DNA of 64,000 nt from NCBI GenBank assembly GCA_963746845.1, contig CAVVCZ010000009.1, positions 41,909 through 105,908 on the forward strand, written 5' to 3'. Source of the DNA: an uncultured Chloroflexia bacterium (GTDB lineage Bacteria > Chloroflexota > Limnocylindria > Limnocylindrales > CSP1-4). Below the pieces are notes generated by a model that had not been told where the DNA came from, did not search any database, and saw nothing but the letters and a program-made list of their open reading frames with translations. Shown one piece after another: positions 10,396 through 19,606 of the stretch. Position numbers and translations under genes: made by a program. How positions within the stretch are numbered: position 1 is the first letter of the stretch; every line of letters starts with the position of its first letter.

Positions 10396-11130
10396 ATGCC
10401 CATCCACCCCGCTCTGAACGACATCGATCTCGTCGTCTTCGACAAGGACGGGACCCTCATCTCGTTCGAGGCGATGTGGACGGGCTGGGCCCGCGAGCTC
10501 GGGTCGCGGCTGGAGATCGCCACCCGGCGGCCCGTCGCCGGGGACGTGTTCGCGGCGATCGGCTACGACCCGGTCGACGATCGGGTCCGGCCCGGTGGGC
10601 CTCTCGCGATCTCGACGATGGCCGGGATCGAGGAGCGCGTCGCGGCCGTCCTCCGGCGCTGGTGCCCGAGCGTGGCCGCGGCGCGCCGGATCCTCGCCGA
10701 CGCCTGGTCCGAGCCGGACCCAGTCGCCCTCGCCGTCCCGCTCGCCGACCTTCCGGGGCTGTTCGCGACCCTTCGATCCGACGGCCGGCGCATCGCCGTG
10801 GCGACGACCGACGACCGTCGGCCGACGGAGGCCACGCTCGACGGGTTGGGCCTGTCCCCGTTCGTCGACGGCATCCTGTGCGGGAACGATCCGGGGCCGA
10901 CCAAGCCGGAGCCCGCGGCCCTCGTGGCGCTCGCGGCCCGTGTCGGCGTGCCGATCGACCGGACCGCGATGATCGGCGACACGCCCGCCGACCTCGCGAT
11001 GGCCCATGGCGCGGGCGCCGGCCGGGCGATCGGGGTGGCCAGCGGCCTGACCGCGGCGTCGGAGCTCGGGGCGGACGCGGACCTGATCCTGGGCGACGTC
11101 GGCGAGCTGGTCCGGCCGGGACGCGGCTGA
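10396..11130 (+). CDS. HAD-family hydrolase (phosphoglycolate phosphatase-like)
   Basis: Motif I FDKDGTL, motif II ATT, KPEP, motif IV IGDTPAD. Confidence 0.9.
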   Translation: MPIHPALNDIDLVVFDKDGTLISFEAMWTGWARELGSRLEIATRRPVAGDVFAAIGYDPVDDRVRPGGPLAISTMAGIEERVAAVLRRWCPSVAAARRILADAWSEPDPVALAVPLADLPGLFATLRSDGRRIAVATTDDRRPTEATLDGLGLSPFVDGILCGNDPGPTKPEPAALVALAARVGVPIDRTAMIGDTPADLAMAHGAGAGRAIGVASGLTAASELGADADLILGDVGELVRPGRG

Positions 11131-11244
11131 CCACACGAGACCCGGTCAGCCACTCGGGACGAGCGAAGCGGTACCTCTGGGCCATCGCTCCCGATCGGGG
11201 CCGCCCGTACGGTTCGCCAAGCGTCCCCCCCCGAGCGGCGTCGA

Positions 11245-14200
11245 ATGGCGCCGCCCCACGCCTCCAGAGGTCGCCGCGAGCGGATGGTCGTCGCCTACGA
11301 GCCACCGGATCCCGACGCGCTCCTCGGCCTCGGCGAGATCGCCGCGATCGCCGGGATCACCCGCGCAACGGCGCGGGCCTGGTGCTTCTCCGGCCGGCTG
11401 CCGTCCGTCGCCGGGCCGCGGAACGAGCCGCTCGTCCGCCGGCGCGACCTCGACGGCTGGCTCGCTCGCCGCGCGCCGAGCCGCGGGCGGGCCCGCGCCC
11501 AGGTCGTCCACGATCCCATCGCGGGCCGTGACGCGCTGCGTCGCCTCGCGTCCGAGGTCAGCGGGCGGCTCGACCTCGAGACGCTGTTCGAGGACGCGGT
11601 GTCGGACGCGATCGGGATCTTCCAGGTCGCCCGGATCGGGCTGTGGCGGTACGACCGGCGACGGCGGAACCCGTTCACGCTCGGCGCCCACATCGGGTTG
11701 TCCGACGAGGTCCTCGCGTGGGTGTCGTCGCTGCCCGGGGACTCTGCGGCCGCCGGCCTCCGGGCGATCGCGACAGGTGAGGTGGTCGTGCTCCGCGACG
11801 TGCTCGTCGACGCCGTCGGTGGCGCCCGCGAGATCTATGCCCGGAACGGAATCCGGAGCGTCTGCCTCGCGCCGATCATCTTCCGCGACGAGCCGCTCGG
11901 CCTCTTCGTCCTGTATCACGACCGCGTCCACGACTGGACGGCCGAGGAGACGACCCTCGCCCGGGGGTTCGCCGACCAGATGGCCTCGGCCGTCGGCGCC
12001 CACCGCCTGAACACCTCGGTCCAGTCCCTCGCCGCCCGTCTGGAGGCCGTCCAGGAGCTGGCGATCCGGCTCAACCGGACCCACGATCTGGACGGGATCG
12101 CCGCCGTCCTCATCGAGGGGACCGAGCGCCTGATCGCTCACGACTCGATCCGGATCTACCGGGTCGACGAGACCACGCGGATGTGCGAGCCGATCGCCTT
12201 CAAGGGCGCGTTCGGCGGGACGCCGGACCCGGACCTCGAGACGCTCCGGGTGGCCGTCGGCCAGGGCCTGACCGGCTGGGCGGCCGAGCGGAACGAGACC
12301 GTCGTCGTCGGGGACGCCGCGGCGGATCCCCGGGGTCTCGTGCGCTGCGCGACGGTCGGGCCGGAGTCGATGCTCGCGGTGCCGATCAGCTTCGAGGACC
12401 ACGTCCACGGCGTGATCGTCCTGTCCGTCGCCGGACGCGACGGGTTCGGGCCCGAGGACGAGACGACCCTCCAGATCTTCGCCGGCTACGCGGCCCAGGC
12501 GATGGTGAACTCGAGCCAGCTCGAGCAGCTCGGCCGGCAGCGGAGCGAGCTCGAGCACCAGCTCGCGAGCCAGCGCCGCCTGCTCGAGGTCAACGAGCGG
12601 CTGATCTCGACCCGCGACCCGAAGGGGGTCCTCGAGATGATCGCCGACTCGCTGAAGACGATCGTGCCGTACGACACGCTCACGATCTATCGCTGCGACT
12701 TCGAGGCTGGCGTCCGGCGGGCCGTCGTGGCGCGCGACCGGTTCGCCGATGTGATCCTCGACTACGCCGGGCCGATCAGCGTCGGGATCTCCGGCTGGGT
12801 CATCGATCACGGGGAGGGCGTCCTCGCCAACGACGTCCATCTCGACGAGCGCTCGGTCCAGATCCCGGGCACCCCGTTCGAGCCGGAGTCGATGATCGTC
12901 GTCCCGGTCCGGGTCGCCGGCGAGGTCGTGGGGTCGCTGAACGTCGGGCGGATGGGCGGCGTGGAGGCGCACTTCAACCAGAACGAGTTCGAGCTCGTTC
13001 AGCTGTTCGCCGGCCAGGCCTCGCTGGCGCTCGAGAACGCCGAGGTCCACGGCGCGGTGACGACCCGCGCCGAGCACGACGCGCTCACCGGCCTCCGCAA
13101 CCACGGGTCGTTCCAGCGGGAGCTCGGCGAGGCGGTCATCCGGTCCGAGGGCGCCCCGTTCAGCCTGATCATGCTCGACCTCGACTCGTTCAAGGGGTTC
13201 AACGACACGTGCGGCCATCCGGCGGGTGATGCGTTCCTCGCCGCGGTCGGCGACGGGATGCGCGCCGAGACCCGGGGCGGCGACGGGATCTATCGCTACG
13301 GCGGCGACGAGTTCGCGCTGATCCTGCCCGGGACGACGCGGGTCGAGGCGTTCGAGGTCGTCGAGCGGATCCGCCGGAATGTCGCCGCGGTCCCGTCACC
13401 GACCGGTCCGCGGGTCGGCATCTCGGCCGGCGTCGCCTGCTACCCCGAGGACGGGCGGACGAAGGACGAGCTCGTCGCGGCCGCGGACCAGTCCCTGTAC
13501 CTCGCCAAACCGTCCTCGTCCCGGCGCGAGGAGGAGGCGGACGCCGCCCGCCGCGACCCGTACCTGTCGGCGCTCGACGAGACCGCGATCGCGCTGATGA
13601 ACCGGCACGACCCGGAGGACCTGCTCGAGACGATCATCATCCGGGCTGCGTCCCTCGTCGGGACGCCGCACGGGTTCATCTATCTCCTCGAGCCGGACGG
13701 TCAGACCCTCGTCGTCCGGCACGGGATCGGGCTGTTCGCGGACTTCCTCGGCTACCGCCTGCCGATCGACACCGGACTCAGCGGCATGGTCGTGCGGGAG
13801 GGCCGGCCGGTGGCCGTCGACGACTACGACGCGTTCGTCCAACGCTCCACGGGCCTGCCACTTCGGGTGATGGGTGCCGTCGTCGGCGTCCCGCTGACGT
13901 CCGGCGGCCGGGTCGTCGGGGTCATCGGCCTCGCGTCCGGCAGCTACGAGCGGACGTTCGGCAATCGCGAGATCGGCGCCCTGAGCCGGTTCGCCCAGCT
14001 CGCTTCGATCGCCCTCGACAACGCCCACCTGTTCGAGGCCGCCCAGCGCGGCGCCCTGTACGACGCGATCACCGGCCTCCCGAACCGCGACCTGCTCACC
14101 GACCGGGTCGGCCACTCGCTCGAGTGGAACCGGGAGGGCGACCAGGACCCGATCGCGCTGATCCTCCTCGACCTCGACCGGTTCAAGGTCATCAACGAGA

Positions 14201-15354
14201 GCCTCGGTCATGCCGTCGGCGACGCCCTGCTCGCCGCGGTCGGCGATCGCCTCCTGGGCTGCCTCCGCCCCGGCGACACGGTCGCCCGATTCGGTGGGGA
14301 CGAGTTCGGGGTCATCCTCGACGGGATCGGCGGGATCGAGGAGGCCCGGCGGCTCGCCGACCGGATCCTTGCGGAGCTCAGCGCCCCGTTCGTCCTCGCG
14401 GAACGCGACTGGTTCGTCAACGCGTCCCTCGGGATCGCGATGGCCTGGCCGGGTCATGCCACGCCCGCCGACGTCTTCCGCGAGGCCGAGGTGGCCCTCG
14501 TCCGGGCGAAGGCGACATCGGGCTCGCGATACGTCCTGTACGAGCCGAACATGAGCGGCGAGACGCTCGCCCGCGTCGAGTTCGAGAACGACCTCCGACG
14601 GGCGGTCGAGCGGGGCGAGCTGCGGCTCCACTACCAGCCGCTGGTCGACCTCGCGACCGAGCGGATCGTCGGCCTGGAGGCCCTCGTCCGCTGGGACCAC
14701 CCGACCCGTGGGCTCGTCCCGCCGCTGTCGTTCATCCCGGTCGCGGAGGAGACCGGCCTGATCCTCCCGATCGGGCGCTGGGTGATCGAGACGGCCTGTC
14801 GACAGGCCCGGACGTGGCTCGACGAGCTGCCCGACTCACCGCTCGTGATGAGCGTCAACCTCTCGGTCCGCCAGGTCGCCCAGCCCTCGCTGGTCGACGA
14901 CATCCGCGACATCCTCGCGGCGACCGGACTGCCCGCGGACCGGCTCGAGCTCGAGATCACCGAGTCCGTCCTGCTCGACGAGGGCGAGGAGAGCGGGAAC
15001 ACGCTCCGGGCGATCCGGGCCCTCGGCGTCCGGCTCGTCCTCGACGACTTCGGGACCGGCTACTCGTCGCTGTCGTACCTCCGCCGCCTCCCGCTCGACA
15101 CGATCAAGATCGACCGCTCGTTCGTCGACGGGATCGACGCCGACGGCTCGAACCTCCCGATCGTGCAGGCCGTGATCGCGCTGGCACACGGCCTCGGGAT
15201 CGAGGTCGTGGCGGAGGGGATCGAGACGGCGGCTCAGTCCGAGCGGCTGCGCGCGCTCGTCTGCGACCGCGGCCAGGGCTACTTCTACGCCCGGCCCCAG
15301 CCGCCCGAGACCCTCGCGGCCCTCCTAGCCCGGGGGATCGCCCCGGCCACCTGA
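11245..15354 (+). CDS. Diguanylate cyclase/phosphodiesterase: HTH-GAF-GAF-GAF-GGDEF-GAF-GGDEF-EAL (alternative start 11284)
   Basis: GGDEF at 13300-13314 and 14293-14307, EAL motif, DDFGTGYSSLSYL; N-terminal excisionase/MerR-like HTH. Confidence 0.93.
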   Translation: MAPPHASRGRRERMVVAYEPPDPDALLGLGEIAAIAGITRATARAWCFSGRLPSVAGPRNEPLVRRRDLDGWLARRAPSRGRARAQVVHDPIAGRDALRRLASEVSGRLDLETLFEDAVSDAIGIFQVARIGLWRYDRRRRNPFTLGAHIGLSDEVLAWVSSLPGDSAAAGLRAIATGEVVVLRDVLVDAVGGAREIYARNGIRSVCLAPIIFRDEPLGLFVLYHDRVHDWTAEETTLARGFADQMASAVGAHRLNTSVQSLAARLEAVQELAIRLNRTHDLDGIAAVLIEGTERLIAHDSIRIYRVDETTRMCEPIAFKGAFGGTPDPDLETLRVAVGQGLTGWAAERNETVVVGDAAADPRGLVRCATVGPESMLAVPISFEDHVHGVIVLSVAGRDGFGPEDETTLQIFAGYAAQAMVNSSQLEQLGRQRSELEHQLASQRRLLEVNERLISTRDPKGVLEMIADSLKTIVPYDTLTIYRCDFEAGVRRAVVARDRFADVILDYAGPISVGISGWVIDHGEGVLANDVHLDERSVQIPGTPFEPESMIVVPVRVAGEVVGSLNVGRMGGVEAHFNQNEFELVQLFAGQASLALENAEVHGAVTTRAEHDALTGLRNHGSFQRELGEAVIRSEGAPFSLIMLDLDSFKGFNDTCGHPAGDAFLAAVGDGMRAETRGGDGIYRYGGDEFALILPGTTRVEAFEVVERIRRNVAAVPSPTGPRVGISAGVACYPEDGRTKDELVAAADQSLYLAKPSSSRREEEADAARRDPYLSALDETAIALMNRHDPEDLLETIIIRAASLVGTPHGFIYLLEPDGQTLVVRHGIGLFADFLGYRLPIDTGLSGMVVREGRPVAVDDYDAFVQRSTGLPLRVMGAVVGVPLTSGGRVVGVIGLASGSYERTFGNREIGALSRFAQLASIALDNAHLFEAAQRGALYDAITGLPNRDLLTDRVGHSLEWNREGDQDPIALILLDLDRFKVINESLGHAVGDALLAAVGDRLLGCLRPGDTVARFGGDEFGVILDGIGGIEEARRLADRILAELSAPFVLAERDWFVNASLGIAMAWPGHATPADVFREAEVALVRAKATSGSRYVLYEPNMSGETLARVEFENDLRRAVERGELRLHYQPLVDLATERIVGLEALVRWDHPTRGLVPPLSFIPVAEETGLILPIGRWVIETACRQARTWLDELPDSPLVMSVNLSVRQVAQPSLVDDIRDILAATGLPADRLELEITESVLLDEGEESGNTLRAIRALGVRLVLDDFGTGYSSLSYLRRLPLDTIKIDRSFVDGIDADGSNLPIVQAVIALAHGLGIEVVAEGIETAAQSERLRALVCDRGQGYFYARPQPPETLAALLARGIAPAT

Positions 15355-15364
15355 CCTCGTCGGT

Positions 15365-16066
15365 TCAGCGGCGCCCGCCCATCAGGCGGAGCATGAACAG
15401 GAAGAGGTTGATGAAGTCGAGGTACAGCGCCAGGGCACCGATCACGGCCGCCTTCTCGGCGGAGCCGATCTTCGCGGCGAACGTCCCGTTCTGGATGCGC
15501 TGGACGTCGAACGCGGTCATGACCGTGAACAGCACGACCCCCGCGATCGACACGAGCCACGTCATCTGCGTGCTGTGGAGGAACAGGTTCAGGACCATCG
15601 CGACGAGCAGCCCGATCAGGCCCATGAACAGGATCGGCCCGAGGCTCGCGAGCGAGCGCTTCGTCGTCACGCCGTAGATCGCCGCGGCACCGAACATCGC
15701 GGACGCGCTCAGGAACGCCGTCGTGACCGAACCCGTCGTGTAGTACTGGACGATCAGGCCGACCGTCAGCCCGAGGGTGGCCGCGTAGACGAAGAAGAGG
15801 GCGAGCGCCGCCGTGGCCGACAGGCGCTGGATCGCCCCGCTGATCACGATGACGAGCCCGATCTGGCCGATGAACAGCAGGAAGTAGTTGCGCGCGGCGA
15901 AGGTCGTCAGCGTCGGCGATGACTGGACCGCGATCGCGACCCCGGCGGTGAGCAGCGTGCCGGCGAACATCCACGCGAAGGCATGGGTCAGGAACTGCTG
16001 GGCGAGGGCGGGAGCCGGCCGGACGCCGAGCTGCTCGGGGGTCGCCCCGAGCCCGTTGTTCATCAT
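15365..16066 (-). CDS. Bax inhibitor-1/YccA family membrane protein
   Basis: About 7 TM helices; TAFDVQRI and ALALYLDFINLFLFMLRL signature. Confidence 0.92.
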   Translation of the reverse strand: MMNNGLGATPEQLGVRPAPALAQQFLTHAFAWMFAGTLLTAGVAIAVQSSPTLTTFAARNYFLLFIGQIGLVIVISGAIQRLSATAALALFFVYAATLGLTVGLIVQYYTTGSVTTAFLSASAMFGAAAIYGVTTKRSLASLGPILFMGLIGLLVAMVLNLFLHSTQMTWLVSIAGVVLFTVMTAFDVQRIQNGTFAAKIGSAEKAAVIGALALYLDFINLFLFMLRLMGGRR

Positions 16067-16722
16067 CGATCACTCCTCGTGCTGGCGGCACGCCGCCGGT
16101 CGGGTCGGGATGGTGGCGCCGGTCGCGCCTCCGCCTGCTCGGCTGCCCTCGCGAGCACCCACAGCAGGTCGGCGAGACGGTTCAGGTACGGTAGCAAATG
16201 GGGTCCCGGAATCAATCCCTCGGCCCCGAGCGTCACCGCTCGTCGCTCCGCGCGCCGGACGATCGTCCGGGCCAGCTCGAGGGCCGCGCTCGTCGGGGTC
16301 TCGCCCGGGACGACGAACTCGGTCGGCATCGTGATGTGGGCCTCGGCCTCGTGGAGCATCGTCTCGAGCCCGGCGACCATCGCCGCGTCGACGCGCGAGA
16401 CGCCGTCCTCCTGCCGATCCCAGGCGTCCTCGCGGGTCGCGAGCTCCGCCGCCGCGACGAACAGCTCGCGCTGGAGCCGGAGGAGGATCGCCGGCAGGTC
16501 GCCGAAGCCGACGTTCAACGTCCCGATCCGGACCTTCACCCCGAGCTGGGCGCGCGCGAGCCCGATCGCGGCGACGGCCTCATCGATCGTGCCGTAGGTC
16601 TCGGTCCGGAGATCGTCCTTGCGGACCCGCGGCCCACCGAACAGGAGGCCGGTCGTGCCGTCGTCGCCGCGGCGCGTCGCGACGACGGAGTCGAAGGCCC
16701 GATCGGGGGTGGAGTCGGTCAC
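16063..16722 (-). CDS. pduO: PduO-type cob(I)alamin adenosyltransferase
   Basis: TRRGDDGTTGL, YGTIDE, RTIVRRAERR, YLNRLADLLW motifs. Confidence 0.9.
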   Translation of the reverse strand: MTDSTPDRAFDSVVATRRGDDGTTGLLFGGPRVRKDDLRTETYGTIDEAVAAIGLARAQLGVKVRIGTLNVGFGDLPAILLRLQRELFVAAAELATREDAWDRQEDGVSRVDAAMVAGLETMLHEAEAHITMPTEFVVPGETPTSAALELARTIVRRAERRAVTLGAEGLIPGPHLLPYLNRLADLLWVLARAAEQAEARPAPPSRPDRRRAASTRSDR

Positions 16723-16750
16723 CGAGGGGTCGGCCGGAGGATCGGCCGGA

Positions 16751-17131
16751 TCACCACATCAGGCCGGCGTCGCGCGGATCCCAGCGCTCGGCCAGCAGGG
16801 TCACCTTGACGTCGTGCTCCACGACCGACTCGGCCTGATCCTTGACCTGCTGGATCATCGATCCGGCATACGGGCAGAACGGGGTCGTCAGGATCATCTT
16901 GATCTCGGTCGTATCGCTGCCGAGGATGATCTGCTTGATCAGCGCAAGCTCGACGACGTTCATCCCGATCTCGGGGTCGACGACGGCGCGCAGGGCGTCG
17001 AGGATCGCGAGCTCGGTGGCCCGGCGCGCGGGGTCGAACGCCGGCGCCTCGGGGACCGCCGAGGCGTCACCGGGCGCGGGGCTGGTGGACGCGGCCGGAG
17101 CCGCCGTGGGGTCGGTCGTCGTGTCGGTCAT
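16751..17131 (-). CDS. Metal-sulfur cluster assembly factor (SufT/DUF59/PaaD-like)
   Basis: VVDPEIGMNVVELALI and LTTPFCP motifs; leaderless TGnTACGAT-N7-ATG. Confidence 0.9.
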   Translation of the reverse strand: MTDTTTDPTAAPAASTSPAPGDASAVPEAPAFDPARRATELAILDALRAVVDPEIGMNVVELALIKQIILGSDTTEIKMILTTPFCPYAGSMIQQVKDQAESVVEHDVKVTLLAERWDPRDAGLMW

Positions 17132-17211
17132 CGGGTCGATCGTATCACCGGGTCCCGAAACCGCCGCCCGCGACCGGATCCGGGCAATGCGCTCGAACAG
17201 GCGATCCGCGC

Positions 17212-17550
17212 TCAGGCGGCGTCGTCCGCCGGCACGACGGGCTTGATCACCACGCCGGGCAGGCGGAACTGGCCCGGCAGCCCGAGCGCCTCCTCCTCCG
17301 TGTAGCCGGGTCCCGCGAGCGAGCCGTCGCCCTCGAAGAAGTCGGCGTAGCGATCGCGGTGATCCGCGGCGTACGTGTACGCGGCGGCGATCCCCACGCG
17401 CTTCAGCTCCGGGTGGTCCTTGGTCAGCCGCGCGAGGTCGTAGCCGTTGCTCCGCAGCTCGAGGAGCTGGCGAACGGTCAGACGCGACCCGTAGCAGAAC
17501 GGCTCGCCGTTCATGACGAGCGGGTCGACCTGGACCCACTTGATCGTCAT
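17212..17550 (-). CDS. DUF433 domain protein
   Basis: DPLVMNGEPFCYGSRLTV...KDHPELKRVGIAAAYTYA matches the DUF433 pattern. Confidence 0.8.
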   Translation of the reverse strand: MTIKWVQVDPLVMNGEPFCYGSRLTVRQLLELRSNGYDLARLTKDHPELKRVGIAAAYTYAADHRDRYADFFEGDGSLAGPGYTEEEALGLPGQFRLPGVVIKPVVPADDAA

Positions 17551-17581
17551 CGGCGCGACCGGGCGCCGGCCCTGCCCATCG

Positions 17582-18064
17582 TCAGGCGCCCTTGTAGATC
17601 GCCGCGAGGAGCCGGTTGCGCTTGCGCGCGTCGCCCGCGATCCGGCGGTGCCACGCGAACCGCTCGACCATCGCCTCGACGGCAGCGTCGACCGGAGCCA
17701 TCTCCTCGACGGGCAGGACGGCGGCGACCGCCTCGCGGAGGCTCCGGGTGAGGTTGATCAGGTCGTCCATCGGGACCTTCCGGCGGCGATACGCGGGCGG
17801 GACGCCGTCCGCGTACACCCGGGCCGGCACGGGATCGCCGGTCGCGACCACGTCGATGATCCGGTCGAGCAGCGCACCCGCGTCGCGGAGCAGCTGGCGC
17901 ATCCGGAGCTCGTCGTACCGGTCGCGCAGGCTCGGGTCGCGGTCGATCGCGATCTCCAGGCCGCGGGCCGCGATCCGGTCGCGCTGGGCGTGGACGCGCG
18001 CGGCCGATGGAGGCAGGTCGCCGATACGGTCGACCGGGGGCAGGCCGAGGGACGGGTGGCTCAC
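17582..18064 (-). CDS. Hypothetical protein with probable globin/phycobiliprotein-like helical fold
   Basis: LLRDAGALLDRIIDVVATGDP...AYRRRKVPMDDL resembles phycobiliprotein helices E-G; TAGACT-N7-GTG leaderless start. Confidence 0.6.
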   Translation of the reverse strand: MSHPSLGLPPVDRIGDLPPSAARVHAQRDRIAARGLEIAIDRDPSLRDRYDELRMRQLLRDAGALLDRIIDVVATGDPVPARVYADGVPPAYRRRKVPMDDLINLTRSLREAVAAVLPVEEMAPVDAAVEAMVERFAWHRRIAGDARKRNRLLAAIYKGA

Positions 18065-18132
18065 GCGGGGCAGTCTAGCGTGCCCGGCGGCAGCCGGTCC
18101 GGACCGTCGGCCGGCCCGGATACGATGAGCCG

Positions 18133-18558
18133 GTGACGACGAACGAGCCGGGCGATCGCCGGCCCCAGCTCGACCGGCCGCCCGGCGACCGGTATCGGGC
18201 CGAGGTGCCCGGCGGCGCCGCGACAGCCTCGATCGTCCCGTGGGCCCCGATCGCGGTCATCATCGTCGGGGCGATCCTGTACACGGTCCTCGGCGCGATC
18301 TTCACGGTGACCGCCGGCCTGATCGTGCTCGCGCTCTTCCTCGGCTGGATCTGCGGACGGCTCGTCTCGCCCCCGGTCCGGGCGGCGGTCGTGGCCGTGG
18401 TCACGGTCGTCGCGGGGCTGCTCGGGATCTGGCTGTTCGGCCGGCTCGAGGGCGGCGTCCTGGATCCGCTCGCCTATCTCGACGCGGTCCAGGGCTGGCC
18501 GCTCGTCGCCGCCCAGCTGGTCGCCGGCGCCGGGATGGCCGCGGCGGCGTCGCGTTGA
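18133..18558 (+). CDS. Hypothetical membrane protein (about 4 TM)
   Basis: Hydrophobic helices; TACGAT-N6-GTG leaderless start. Confidence 0.75.
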   Translation: MTTNEPGDRRPQLDRPPGDRYRAEVPGGAATASIVPWAPIAVIIVGAILYTVLGAIFTVTAGLIVLALFLGWICGRLVSPPVRAAVVAVVTVVAGLLGIWLFGRLEGGVLDPLAYLDAVQGWPLVAAQLVAGAGMAAAASR

Positions 18559-19082
18559 CGACGACCGAGCCGGCGCTCCGCCACCCGACGGAGGATGACC
18601 AGCCCCGGGTCGCCGCCGTGATCGATCACTGGTTCGCCGGCCGACGGGTCTGGCCGCTCGCGGATCGGAGCTGGTTCCGACACTTCCCGGCGACGTCCTT
18701 CGTGCTGGACGGCGAGGACGGCGCGGACGGCGCCCCGATCGGCTTCCTGCTCGGGTTCGTGAGCCCGGGACGGCCCGGTGAGGCCGTGCTCCATCTCATC
18801 GCCGTCGATCCGAACCATCGCCGGGCAGGCGTTGGCCGGCGGCTCGTCGACGCCTTCGTCGCCACGGCGGCCGATTCCGGCGCGCGGTCCGTCCGGGCCG
18901 TCGCCTGGCCGGACGATCGCGGCGCGATCGACTTCTTCCGGGCGATCGGCTTCCGGACGATCGACGGGCCGGGGAGCCAGAACCTGTACGGCGTCCCCGC
19001 CTGGCCCGACTACGAGATGCCGGGCGAGGACCGCGCGATCCTCGAGCGGCCACTCCCGACCGGAGGCGGACCGGAGGGCTGA
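18555..19082 (+). CDS. GNAT family N-acetyltransferase
   Basis: TTG start overlapping the upstream stop; AVDPNHRRAGVGRRL acetyl-CoA motif, AIDFFRAIGF. Confidence 0.85.
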   Translation: MTTTEPALRHPTEDDQPRVAAVIDHWFAGRRVWPLADRSWFRHFPATSFVLDGEDGADGAPIGFLLGFVSPGRPGEAVLHLIAVDPNHRRAGVGRRLVDAFVATAADSGARSVRAVAWPDDRGAIDFFRAIGFRTIDGPGSQNLYGVPAWPDYEMPGEDRAILERPLPTGGGPEG

Positions 19083-19162
19083 CCCAGGCGCACCTTTCGT
19101 ACCATGGCGCGGGTCCGACGCGCCCCGTCACCATCGGCTCTCGGCCACTCGAGGGAGCCTGC

Positions 19163-19606
19163 ATGCGCGGTTGGATCATCCGGATCGGGATCATCGTCGC
19201 GATCGCCGGGGGAGCGTTCGTCCTGCGCGATCGACTGACGAGCAACGCGGGCGAGCTGCAGGTCGGTGACTGCTTCGACGATCCGGCCCAGGCGTCGGAG
19301 ATCACGGACGTCCAGCACCATCCGTGCACCGAGGCGCACAACGCCGAGGTCGTCTTCCTCGGCAAGCTGACCGGCGACGACGCGACCTATCCGACCGACA
19401 GCGTCATCGAGTCGTGGGCCCGCACGAACTGCCTCCCGGCGTGGGAGTCGTACACGGGCAAGACCTTCGAGACGGAGCCGATCCTGACGCTCAGCTTCTA
19501 CCAGCCGACGCCGGCCGGGTGGAAGAAGGGCGATCGCGACGTGATCTGCTATGCGACCCGCGAGGACAGCGCCCCGCTGACGAGCACCGTCAAGAAGGCG
19601 CCGTAG
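19163..19606 (+). CDS. Septum_form family membrane-anchored protein
   Basis: N-terminal TM; LQVGDCF, PCTEAHNAEV, WKKGDRDVICY motifs; GGGAG SD. Confidence 0.8.
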   Translation: MRGWIIRIGIIVAIAGGAFVLRDRLTSNAGELQVGDCFDDPAQASEITDVQHHPCTEAHNAEVVFLGKLTGDDATYPTDSVIESWARTNCLPAWESYTGKTFETEPILTLSFYQPTPAGWKKGDRDVICYATREDSAPLTSTVKKAP

